Source: Candidatus Endomicrobium macrotermitis (GTDB lineage Bacteria > Elusimicrobiota > Endomicrobiia > Endomicrobiales > Endomicrobiaceae). Taken from it: a stretch of DNA of 64,000 nt. Under the pieces are notes generated by a model that saw nothing but the letters and a program-made list of their open reading frames with translations, was not told the DNA's origin and did no database searches. Shown in pieces: positions 55,358 through 64,000 of the stretch. The position numbers were made by a program, and so were the translations under genes. The stretch is from positions 36,149-100,148 of the forward strand of contig JAISVT010000039.1 in assembly GCA_031271405.1 (NCBI GenBank). The letters run 5' to 3'. Position 1 is the first letter of the stretch. Each line of letters starts with the position of its first letter.

Positions 55358-57325
55358 TTAACGTCCCCGCCCGCCGCCGCCGCCAAATCCGCCGCCGCTC
55401 CTGCCTCTGCCTCCGCTTTCGGACCCTGACCTTAGAGACGAAATAAGAGTGCTTCTTGTTATTCTTCTCCCGTCGGCTATTTTTTTGTACCGGTATTCAT
55501 CAAAATTCGGAATCGCATTTTTAAAACGATTTACCCACTTATTTTCTATTCCGAAAACAAAAGCATATGGCAAATAATCCGTGAAAATCCGCTCGCTGTC
55601 GGTGGGTACGGACATCATTACCCTGTCTTTTTCGGCCGTATTCATATAGCGGTAAAAACCGCTGATTTCTTTAAAAAGTTCTTTGCCTTCGGAAGTAAAA
55701 ACATACAGCGCGTTATAATAAATAAAAAATGCCGCCGCAGATACAATAAAACACGCCGATATGATAAGCGATTCGGCAGAAATAAGCTTTACATCGACAA
55801 ACGCATTTATCCATGTGATTATGGAAAGAATAAGAAACGGAATCCTGAATTTCGGCAAAAAAAGTATTACAAATATAAAAAAATACACCCACATAATAAG
55901 ATAGTCAGTATTAAGAAGAACACTTATATCAAAGACTGTTAATATGCGGACAGTCAGGGCAAAAGCGCAAAGAAATACGAACTGTTGCGATAAATTTAAA
56001 AAAGCGGCGCGGAGATTGCCTGCTTTGGGGATCAGTGCCAGCAGAAAAGCTATGAAGCAGCCCATGCAAATTAAAAAAAACACTTCCGGATCTGACGAAT
56101 CCGCAATTATGTCTGACGTAACAGCGGTTACCGCGGCAAACATTAGCGCCGTTGTTATCGCCAGTGCCGGTATTCTGTAGAGCTTGTTTCCTTTAATATA
56201 TTTTGATTGCTCCCGCATAAATATCTTATGAATCATTTTTAAGCAGTCGTTAATTACGGGCCAATTTCTACTTTCTATTGTGATTCTATCGTTTTTGCCG
56301 AATAAAGAAGCGATAATGCATTTTTCTTCTTCGGGCAGGCCGGCCGTATCTCTGTCCAGTACTGTCAGCACGGCCTCTTTCCAAAATAACTTTCCTTCTT
56401 CCGTAATTTCTATTTTCCCTTTGATTATAAGGCTTAATACGGCATTTGCAAATATTTGCCGGGAGGAAGACTCTCTGTTCCACAACAGGCCAATAAGGGC
56501 AGGCGATAACCCTTGCGGCGGCGCAAACTGCGCAGTTGCCGTGCCGGTATATTTTTTTCCGCCGCCATAATAAGTTATAAACATATAAAGCAAAAGTATT
56601 ACAAGCAGCAGGAGCGATGTTTCTTTATTAATAAAGCGGTTTATTGCCGTATTTAGTTTGCTTGCTTTTGCAGGCTGAGCGTTTACGGCGCCCGCCGGCG
56701 GAATGTTTATAACGCCTTTCGTAAACGGAACGGCAACGGTAAAACCTTCTCCTTTATGCAGCGGGGCGGTTGTTTTAAAAAAATTGCCGTCCCTTACGGC
56801 GTGAGAATTTTTAGAACCCTTATATCCCGTATAAGTTGAAATAAGATTGTCTTTTATATCCGCGCCGTTTGGCAAAAGAATCCGAAATGCCGCGCTTTCA
56901 ATTGTAAAATCCCAGTCGTTGCCGGTTACGTTCCAATAGATCTCGTCGTAATCGCCGAAACTTCTTACAACATTTTTCATATTATAAGCCAGCGTGTAAG
57001 TATGTACGCCTTTCGGCAGATAATTATCGCCGCCGAAATATATGCTGAAAGTATTACCCTTTGTTTCCGCAAAAGAAGGGTGTTGCGCGCCGTCTTTAAG
57101 CAAAGAAACGAATGTTATGGGGGAACCGGAGACAAAAGGTATGTCTCTTATCAACCCTCGCCGTATTTTGATATGCTCCGCGTTGACGGCGATAGTTTCC
57201 GTAACGTTTACGCTTCCGTCGGTTTGCACTTTCATAACGGAATCGAAATTTAATATTTTTTCTTCCGCTCCGGCGCTTACGGCAAAGGCGCAAATCAATA
57301 ACGGCAAAAAAAAGATTTTTTTCAT
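55358..57325 (-). CDS. DUF2207 domain membrane protein
   Basis: DGSVNVTETI, EIYWNVTGNDW, YLPYA.VFG, C-terminal SGGGFGGGGGRGR; typical LemA partner. Confidence 0.88.
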   Translation of the reverse strand: MKKIFFLPLLICAFAVSAGAEEKILNFDSVMKVQTDGSVNVTETIAVNAEHIKIRRGLIRDIPFVSGSPITFVSLLKDGAQHPSFAETKGNTFSIYFGGDNYLPKGVHTYTLAYNMKNVVRSFGDYDEIYWNVTGNDWDFTIESAAFRILLPNGADIKDNLISTYTGYKGSKNSHAVRDGNFFKTTAPLHKGEGFTVAVPFTKGVINIPPAGAVNAQPAKASKLNTAINRFINKETSLLLLVILLLYMFITYYGGGKKYTGTATAQFAPPQGLSPALIGLLWNRESSSRQIFANAVLSLIIKGKIEITEEGKLFWKEAVLTVLDRDTAGLPEEEKCIIASLFGKNDRITIESRNWPVINDCLKMIHKIFMREQSKYIKGNKLYRIPALAITTALMFAAVTAVTSDIIADSSDPEVFFLICMGCFIAFLLALIPKAGNLRAAFLNLSQQFVFLCAFALTVRILTVFDISVLLNTDYLIMWVYFFIFVILFLPKFRIPFLILSIITWINAFVDVKLISAESLIISACFIVSAAAFFIYYNALYVFTSEGKELFKEISGFYRYMNTAEKDRVMMSVPTDSERIFTDYLPYAFVFGIENKWVNRFKNAIPNFDEYRYKKIADGRRITRSTLISSLRSGSESGGRGRSGGGFGGGGGRGR

Positions 57326-57760
57326 TACTTTTCCTTTTTGTGCATTAATTTATCCGCAACTTAAAATATATCAAATTAAACTTTAAAGCGGAATGAAAAA
57401 CCGCTTTTGACGGGCTTTAGGGGTAAAACAGTTTTAACGAAAACAATACCGTCTTTGATTGCCGGATTTTATTTTAATTGTAAATTTGTTATAATTTTCT
57501 TTAATAAAAAAAGCGCATATTTATGAAAACCGAGAAACCGCTTTTTTGTTAATGTTATTTTGATTTAGGTGCGCAGATTTCCTTATGCTTTCAATCGTAT
57601 CGGGAATATCGGGTTTTAAGAAAATCGCTCCGGCAGAGGTTTTAATGCCGAAGTTGTTTTTTGTTGCGCTGGTAATAAACGCAGATTATACTCTTACGGT
57701 ATAACCGTCTTTATATATTTTTCGTTTTTTAATTCGGATTTCAAGCCTTAAGGAGGCAGG

Positions 57761-60700
57761 ATGAAAATTAAGCAATGTATCATTATGTCGGTATTATCGG
57801 TATTTTGTTTGTCGGCAAGCCTTTTTGCGGCTGATTTAAAAATAGAAACAGGTAAAGAAGAAATAGTTCGTTTTAAAGGAGATTCAAGACAATTATTTAA
57901 TGATCAGGTCGTTTACGACAATGTAACTATAGGCGCAGGCACAAAAGTTTATTTGGACAATGAATTTCAGTACGTTGCGGTAAGTACATCAGAGAAAACT
58001 GATTATCGCCTGGAAGAAAGATATATAGGTTCCCGTGATCCTGTCACTGGAGAAGTTACAGTAACGTCTGTCTCTGTCTCTATTGCGGAAATTACTGTTG
58101 ATCATAATTACAGAAGGGATGAACAAATAGCAACTCTAGGAATTTCTAAAACCGGAACTTTGACTTTAAATGCCGGAAGCGAACTCGGAATAAGAAATGA
58201 ATACAATTTGGTAATTTCCACTCAAGATGCTTCTCTTGAGACATATAAATCCGGAACAAAGAGGGATGGCGGAGAAGATATAATTTCCATCAGAAACGGA
58301 GCCTTTTCAAATGAGCTTAACGCCTTAGACGGCGGCAACAGAAACTTAGCAGCATTATCTAGTTATGGAGCCATCAGTCCGAATAATCTTTTTACGGGAG
58401 ATATCGTATTTCAAGCCGGGGATGCCGCTACGATACTGTCTTTCCTTCCCGTTTCAATAAATCCTGCGGAGGCTCCTCATAAAATACCTGAAATGCCCGA
58501 TGATTTACATCTTGTAAGCGCTTCAAGTATGTCCGAGGTATATACAAAAAATCAGGTTCAAGAAATACCGGCAGGTGAGTTGAATAACGATGTAGCCAGA
58601 TTATCCAACAATTTCATTATTAACTCTAATAATGCTGTTTTAAATGTAATCGGAGAAAAACAAAATTTCGCTTATTTACCTGAGGACCCGAGAGCTGTTG
58701 TTTTAACCGGAAAATTTAGCGGTGACGGTACTGTTGTAAAAACCGGCGGCGGAGCAATGTATTTGTATGAGAGTACTAGAGCGGCAAACGCTTTGGATTT
58801 AACCGGAAACAATACGGGTTTTGCATGGAAAATAGAAGACGGCTGGTTAATTTCGTCCGGTCAGAATCAATTGGGCAAAGGTAATGTTTTTATAAGCTCC
58901 CAAGGTACACTGGGATTAAACGGCACAGTGGCATATGAAAATAAAATAGTCCTTGATTCCGGCGGAATTTCACTAGGCGGAGGCAGTTTGATTGAATTAA
59001 CGGGGCAAATAGTCACGGGAGATTCCGGCAATGCAAGACTTGCTCTTGGGGGGGGAGGTGCCGGATTAATACTAACGGGGGATAATGACGCAAAAATTTT
59101 CAATATTGATTTTTGGGATGACGGTAATTTTTTGCGGTCAAATGCAGCCGGGCTTGCAAGTGACGTTATAACTGCAGAGGGTCATTTTTGGGATACTGAC
59201 AGAAATCCTAATTTTCGCGATTTTACGCTGGAAATAAACGAAAGTTCCGATGCGGAATATAAAGGTTCATTACAAGGTGAGATGTATTTGCGTAAAACGG
59301 GAGCAGGTACGCTGACGCTCAGCGGAACAAGCACTTACGAAAAAGGCACTTTTATATCGGAAGGCGGCATAGCTATAACAAACGCTTATTCTTTAGGGAC
59401 TCCCGACGCTGCGGATCCGAATAAGGGCAAAATAATGTTTGACAGCAGCAGCACGTCGAAATTTGCGTCTTTACAGGTAGTGGAAGCGGCTTCAGGCTCA
59501 ATTGATTTGTATAACAATATCCACATAAACAAAGGCGCAGTATTCAACGTGTTCGCAAATCAAAAATTAACTCTTTTCGGAGATATAGTTAAATATGACT
59601 CAAGGCCCGGATATGACGCCGCGTTTTTTAAAGAAGGCTTCGGGCTTATGGAAATAGGAAATAATGTAATTTCTCCGACAAGAAACGTCAATATTTCCAC
59701 TTTCAACGTTAATGCCGGCGGTTTCAGGCTTGCCGAAAATGTCGTGCTAAAGTCGTCTTTTGAACTTAACGACGAATCGTCTTACCTTGAAATGGCGCAG
59801 GGAGCGGGAGTAAGCAATATTATAAATATAAACAAAGGCGACTTGAGGATATTTAACGATAAAAACATCTCGTCCGCTACGGTGAATTTCTTAAATACTT
59901 CTACCTCTTCCATGTCGAATTTTTATATCGCAAGCACGACGGTAATGTCGGCGGCTTCCATGTCTAAAGCCATAACGATTTCTTCGGGCATTAATTTTAT
60001 AAATGACGCCACGGTCACTATGTATTCGAATGTCGTTAATTTTTCGGGCGGAGCCAATACGGTAGTGCATAAATCGGGTGCCGGCAATTTGATATACAGC
60101 TCGACCGCGCCGTCCTTTCTTAATTTTGCCGAGCTTTCAGTTTATGACGGGCGTTTTACCGTAGTAAATTCAACGGCCAGTATTTCAAATGTCGTTGTTG
60201 ACGGCGGAATATTAATAATCAGCAGCGGGGCTTACCTGACTTCTCCGCAATCGGAAGTAACAATTTTGACCGGCGGCTTCGGCATTTATGACCATAGAAG
60301 CATCGATGAAAATATCTTATTGAATTTTGCCGGAACGGATTCGAACAATTTGGCGACTCTTGTCGTTGAAGCGAATAATGCGACTTTAAGCAACAATATA
60401 TTCGTAAAAACGGGTGTAATCGTTGAAAACGCGAATAACCTGACTATTGCCGGAGATTCCATTAATTTCGATTCCGCTTCAAGCGGGATATTCGCTAAAT
60501 CGGGGCTCGGTACCATGACAATTGCTCAAAGCGTGGGAGCAAGTTCATTCAATATGGGAGAACTCAGGGTTTTGGAAGGTCTGCTTGACGCAACTACCGA
60601 TGTTAACGTAAACAGATTGACATTGTCCGGGGCAAACACAGGCAGCGCTTTGATGGCGATAAGTAATAACTCGATAGTTAATGCGGGCAACGTAAATATT

Positions 60701-62323
60701 TCCAACGCAATGTTAACGGTAAACACGGGTTCGGATCTCAAATCGAATTCCATGAACGTAAATGGCGGAGGGCTTGTGCAGGGAGTAGGAAAAATAAGCG
60801 GTGTTGTTAATTTTAATAACGGTTCTTATTTACGCACTGGAACTTCGATGTCGGCTCCGAGCGAAACGGACCGGGGCGACGGCGTTTACGCGGACATGGA
60901 ACTGGACTCCGTTAACTTTAATTCCGGTTCGACTTTTATCGTAGATGTTTACAGCAGCGGCGGAATGCAGGAAAACGATATGCTGGTAGTTAGAAATAAT
61001 ACCATGATCGGCAATAACGTAAATTTGCAGGTTGACGCAAGGGGAGACGATTATTCCACTCAAAAGACTTTCCAAATTATACAAACCGGTTCTTTGGCGT
61101 ATAATCCGGGATCGGTATTTAACATTGACGTCAACGGCTCGGCGCGTTTAGTATCTTCGATTTATGTTAACGAGTCGCACAGAGGCGTTTTTCTCAATAT
61201 ACTGGAGAAATGGTCTTCTTATGTGATAGATATACCCGGCGCGACAAAAAACCAGCAGGCTATGATAAACGTATTAAACGATTTGGACAATGTTGCCGGA
61301 GGCGGTTCAAACTTCAGAAAGGAAGTTCTCGATTTAGTCGACAGCGCGTATGCGGAATATAATGACCACCTCAACAGTGCTCCGTTTTTGGCTATAACAT
61401 CGGATTTATCGGGCATAATGTATGCGAATACTTTTGAAGCGAGCCTTATGTCTTCAAAAGCGAATATAATCTATTCCGTATTATCTTCAAAAGATACGCT
61501 GTCGAGCAACCGTAATATATGGGCGCAAGTATATACGAACAGCAACAATATAAAAGCAAGCGAAGGCAGTCCTGAATTTGAAAACAGCATTTCGGGCATT
61601 ATCGCGGGATATGACGCGGTTACCGCAGACAATATGGTTTTCGGTTTTGCCGGATTTTACGGCGCAGGGCAATTCAAACAGCTTCAGGATTCGGCGGATA
61701 TTACGGATTTAGGCGTTAACGCGTACACGAATTACGATTATGAAAAATTCGTGGTCAGAGGCGTTGCGGGCTTAACTTTCAGAGACCACAAGTCTTCAAG
61801 AAGTTTGCAAACTATAAATAACTCAAGAATAGAATCCGATTATGCGGTAAACGTAATAAACATAGACGTCGAAGGAGCGTATAAATACGATTTGACCGAA
61901 TATTTTATTCTTAAACCGTTAGTCGGCATAAATTTTGCCGTCGCGATGAACGACGCAATTACGGAAAAAGGTTCGGCCGCGTACAGGTTAAAAATAGACG
62001 CTTCGAATTTTACAAAAGCGGAAATCAGAGCCGGCGCCGGACTGCAAAGCAACAGCGGTTCAAAACTTAACTGGTACGTAAACCTTGTGGCAAAACAGCT
62101 TGTCGGAGATGCAAAAGGCACTATGACGGCTTCTTTCGCGGAAATGCCCGGGCAAAAGTTTGAAATTGAAGGCACGGCTTTGGCAAAAACTGTTTTTTCC
62201 GGAAATGTCGGCTGCCAATACGGGCTAAACAATAACATAAGCCTGTTTGTGGATTTGTCGTCTGATATGGCTTCTAACGCCAGCGCGTTTTTAGGAAACA
62301 TCGGAGCTTCGTATAGGTGGTAA
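57761..62323 (+). CDS. Autotransporter (type V) with passenger-associated beta-strand repeats
   Basis: SD aaggagg; signal peptide; repeated KxGxG strands (KTGAGTLTLSGTSTY); C-terminal beta-barrel ending GASYRW. Confidence 0.92.
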   Translation: MKIKQCIIMSVLSVFCLSASLFAADLKIETGKEEIVRFKGDSRQLFNDQVVYDNVTIGAGTKVYLDNEFQYVAVSTSEKTDYRLEERYIGSRDPVTGEVTVTSVSVSIAEITVDHNYRRDEQIATLGISKTGTLTLNAGSELGIRNEYNLVISTQDASLETYKSGTKRDGGEDIISIRNGAFSNELNALDGGNRNLAALSSYGAISPNNLFTGDIVFQAGDAATILSFLPVSINPAEAPHKIPEMPDDLHLVSASSMSEVYTKNQVQEIPAGELNNDVARLSNNFIINSNNAVLNVIGEKQNFAYLPEDPRAVVLTGKFSGDGTVVKTGGGAMYLYESTRAANALDLTGNNTGFAWKIEDGWLISSGQNQLGKGNVFISSQGTLGLNGTVAYENKIVLDSGGISLGGGSLIELTGQIVTGDSGNARLALGGGGAGLILTGDNDAKIFNIDFWDDGNFLRSNAAGLASDVITAEGHFWDTDRNPNFRDFTLEINESSDAEYKGSLQGEMYLRKTGAGTLTLSGTSTYEKGTFISEGGIAITNAYSLGTPDAADPNKGKIMFDSSSTSKFASLQVVEAASGSIDLYNNIHINKGAVFNVFANQKLTLFGDIVKYDSRPGYDAAFFKEGFGLMEIGNNVISPTRNVNISTFNVNAGGFRLAENVVLKSSFELNDESSYLEMAQGAGVSNIININKGDLRIFNDKNISSATVNFLNTSTSSMSNFYIASTTVMSAASMSKAITISSGINFINDATVTMYSNVVNFSGGANTVVHKSGAGNLIYSSTAPSFLNFAELSVYDGRFTVVNSTASISNVVVDGGILIISSGAYLTSPQSEVTILTGGFGIYDHRSIDENILLNFAGTDSNNLATLVVEANNATLSNNIFVKTGVIVENANNLTIAGDSINFDSASSGIFAKSGLGTMTIAQSVGASSFNMGELRVLEGLLDATTDVNVNRLTLSGANTGSALMAISNNSIVNAGNVNISNAMLTVNTGSDLKSNSMNVNGGGLVQGVGKISGVVNFNNGSYLRTGTSMSAPSETDRGDGVYADMELDSVNFNSGSTFIVDVYSSGGMQENDMLVVRNNTMIGNNVNLQVDARGDDYSTQKTFQIIQTGSLAYNPGSVFNIDVNGSARLVSSIYVNESHRGVFLNILEKWSSYVIDIPGATKNQQAMINVLNDLDNVAGGGSNFRKEVLDLVDSAYAEYNDHLNSAPFLAITSDLSGIMYANTFEASLMSSKANIIYSVLSSKDTLSSNRNIWAQVYTNSNNIKASEGSPEFENSISGIIAGYDAVTADNMVFGFAGFYGAGQFKQLQDSADITDLGVNAYTNYDYEKFVVRGVAGLTFRDHKSSRSLQTINNSRIESDYAVNVINIDVEGAYKYDLTEYFILKPLVGINFAVAMNDAITEKGSAAYRLKIDASNFTKAEIRAGAGLQSNSGSKLNWYVNLVAKQLVGDAKGTMTASFAEMPGQKFEIEGTALAKTVFSGNVGCQYGLNNNISLFVDLSSDMASNASAFLGNIGASYRW

Positions 62324-62378
62324 AATAAAAAGCGGAGGAGCTTGTTAAAGCTGCCGCCGTTTTCATATGTAACATACC

Positions 62379-62418
62379 AAATAAAAACAGCCTGCTTGTA
62401 AGCAGGCTGTTTTTATTT
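62379..62418. terminator. Bidirectional terminator
   Basis: aaataaaaacagcctgctt-gt-aagcaggctgtttttattt (19-bp perfect IR); weaker hairpin at 62326-62363. Confidence 0.85.
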
Positions 62419-62434
62419 GCAGTTTAAAGATTTA

Positions 62435-62992
62435 CTATTTAATTACGCCGATTTGTTTCATAAACGCCTGATTGTCCCAGAACAAATATTCTTCCGTCAT
62501 TACGCCGTTTTCCCATACGCTGAAAGTTGCGAAAGAATATTTATATTTTTTGTTGGTGGGTTTTATAAATTTGCCGTTGCCTATGGGCATCGGCTTGGTA
62601 AAAGTTCCCTCGGCAACGCCTATGACGGCGGTATATTTTCCGGAACCTGTTTTTATAGGGTGTTGCGTCACTCTGGTGTCAGGCGCGAAAACAAAAGTTT
62701 TTTTAAGTTCCGCGATATGATCCGCCAATCCCGTCGTTGTGCTGCCGTCCGGGTAATAAACTACAATATTTTCGGCATGGCTTTCGCGCAGGCGGTCCCA
62801 TTCCTGATCCGAATACACGTCAAAATCGAGCGCGTCGAATGTTTCAATATGCTTTTGCACGGCTTCGCGTTCGGCCAAAAACGCGTTTAAGGTTTCTTTT
62901 TGCTCGTTTTTCAGGCTGCAGCAGGCGCCTAAAAACGCCATGAAAAATACGGAATACAGCCCAAAGAGTAAACTTCTTTTTACCGTGTTCAT
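62435..62992 (-). CDS. SnoaL-like ester cyclase family lipoprotein
   Basis: Lipobox FLGAC; FDALDFDVYS.Q.WDRL.ESHA, GTFTKPM, EEYLFWDN. Confidence 0.8.
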   Translation of the reverse strand: MNTVKRSLLFGLYSVFFMAFLGACCSLKNEQKETLNAFLAEREAVQKHIETFDALDFDVYSDQEWDRLRESHAENIVVYYPDGSTTTGLADHIAELKKTFVFAPDTRVTQHPIKTGSGKYTAVIGVAEGTFTKPMPIGNGKFIKPTNKKYKYSFATFSVWENGVMTEEYLFWDNQAFMKQIGVIK

Positions 62993-63212
62993 TTACTTTC
63001 CCCCTTGTATTGCCGATTTGTTGAAATCCGGCATTAACAGCCGGCATAACTGAATACTGACATATGCCTAAGGGCATGTCAAGCCCGTTTATGCGGCCGG
63101 GCGCTCTCGATTTGACTTATCGTTAAGACTATTGTTTAATTGAATATGCTGCGCCGCAGTAACAAAAGAGCGGAAAAACCGCATCGTGTTGAAACGCTTT
63201 CAAGGACTCAAA

Positions 63213-63776
63213 ATGCCGACGGAAAAACAAAAAATGCTTCAGGGACTGCCTTACGACGCTTCAGATCCGGAAATCAAAAAACAATTCCATAAAGCGAGAG
63301 CGCTTTTAGCGCGGTTTAATGTTACGGCTTCGACCGAAACTGAAAAGCGTTTGCGGATATTGAAACGGCTTTTGGGAAGCGCCGGCAAAAACCCTTATAT
63401 CGAGCCGCCGTTTTTTTGCGATTACGGAGAGAATATAATTTTCGGCGACAACGTATATTTAAACTTCAACTGTACTTTTTTGGACTGCAATAAAATTACC
63501 ATAGGAAATAACGTTTTATTTGCGCCGAATGTCCATATTTACTGCGCGTACCATCCGCTTGCCGCCGATGAGCGCGTAGTAAACGGTAAAATTGTAGACT
63601 TGGCCAAACCCGTTTCAATCGGTTCGGACGTTTGGGTAGGGGGCAACGTAACCATTCTTCCCGGGGTAACTGTCGGAAGCAATGTAGTAATAGGCGCGGG
63701 CTCCGTTGTGACTAAAAATATACCTTCAAATACAATAGCTTTCGGCAATCCCTGCAGAGTTATAAAGTCTTTTTAG
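63213..63776 (+). CDS. maa: Maltose/sugar O-acetyltransferase
   Basis: TEKQKMLQG..Y, IEPPFFCDYG.NI, hexapeptide repeats, WVGG, GAGSVV, GNPCRV. Confidence 0.88.
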   Translation: MPTEKQKMLQGLPYDASDPEIKKQFHKARALLARFNVTASTETEKRLRILKRLLGSAGKNPYIEPPFFCDYGENIIFGDNVYLNFNCTFLDCNKITIGNNVLFAPNVHIYCAYHPLAADERVVNGKIVDLAKPVSIGSDVWVGGNVTILPGVTVGSNVVIGAGSVVTKNIPSNTIAFGNPCRVIKSF

Positions 63777-63933
63777 CGAAGCGTTAAAGCCCGTAAACCG
63801 TTTTTCAGGCTTTCGGATTGAAAAATTAAACCGTTTTTGGTATCATTTACGGGTAATTTTTAATTCCCTCGCCTGATTGCCAATCTCGGGCGAGCGTCTT
63901 ATTTTATATTTATACTGGCAAAACGGATAATAA

Positions 63934-64000
63934 ATGAGAAATTTTTCTGTAGTAATACTTGCTGCGGGCGCCGGAACAAGAATGAAGTCTGCTTTGCCCA
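63934..64000 (+). CDS. glmU: Start of bifunctional UDP-GlcNAc pyrophosphorylase (3'-partial)
   Basis: MRNFSVVILAAGAGTRMKSALP matches the GlmU N-terminal nucleotide-binding motif. Confidence 0.8.
   Translation, partial: MRNFSVVILAAGAGTRMKSALP

Noticed and set aside
57330-57760. Riboswitch or leader peptide in the 430-bp region before the autotransporter
   Set aside because: No aptamer consensus recognisable by eye; the 39-codon ORF has no SD. An Rfam scan would settle it.
63866-63900. Hairpin upstream of glmU
   Set aside because: Could be a terminator or repeat remnant; no further evidence.

Overview
64 kb of a Gram-negative, anaerobic bacterial chromosome. Gene content and protein style resemble Elusimicrobiota (Endomicrobium-like); that taxonomy is inference, not a database result. 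Layout: LysM/M23 peptidase, META lipoprotein and beta-barrel OMP (1-2.4 kb). A 12-gene Mbh-like group 4 [NiFe]-hydrogenase operon with three antiporter-like subunits and its own protease (2.5-12.6 kb). Housekeeping pgi, then a small leaderless gene and a giant 3723-aa signal-peptide protein (15.6-26.7 kb). That protein fuses a plant/protist-type UDP-sugar pyrophosphorylase, a second glucose-6-phosphate isomerase and a phosphoglucomutase-family domain, all with catalytic motifs intact; it is the most striking feature. Next: cca, a 2162-aa TPR protein, and an Fe-S/oxidative-stress cluster (rubredoxin, an IscS-like protein lacking its PLP lysine, IscU, FprA, SOR, rubrerythrin). Core block: mfd, prsA-like, surA-like, pdxA, rimI, TPR/LolB-like, ispE, tRNA-Gln, in which a genomic repeat family sits in-frame inside mfd, pdxA and ispE. 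A ~13 kb accessory stretch (Fic, DUF3795, isochorismatase, DUF1646, LemA/DUF2207, autotransporter, ester cyclase, acetyltransferase) runs up to the start of glmU at the right edge. No CRISPR array, rRNA, integrase or intact transposase was seen.
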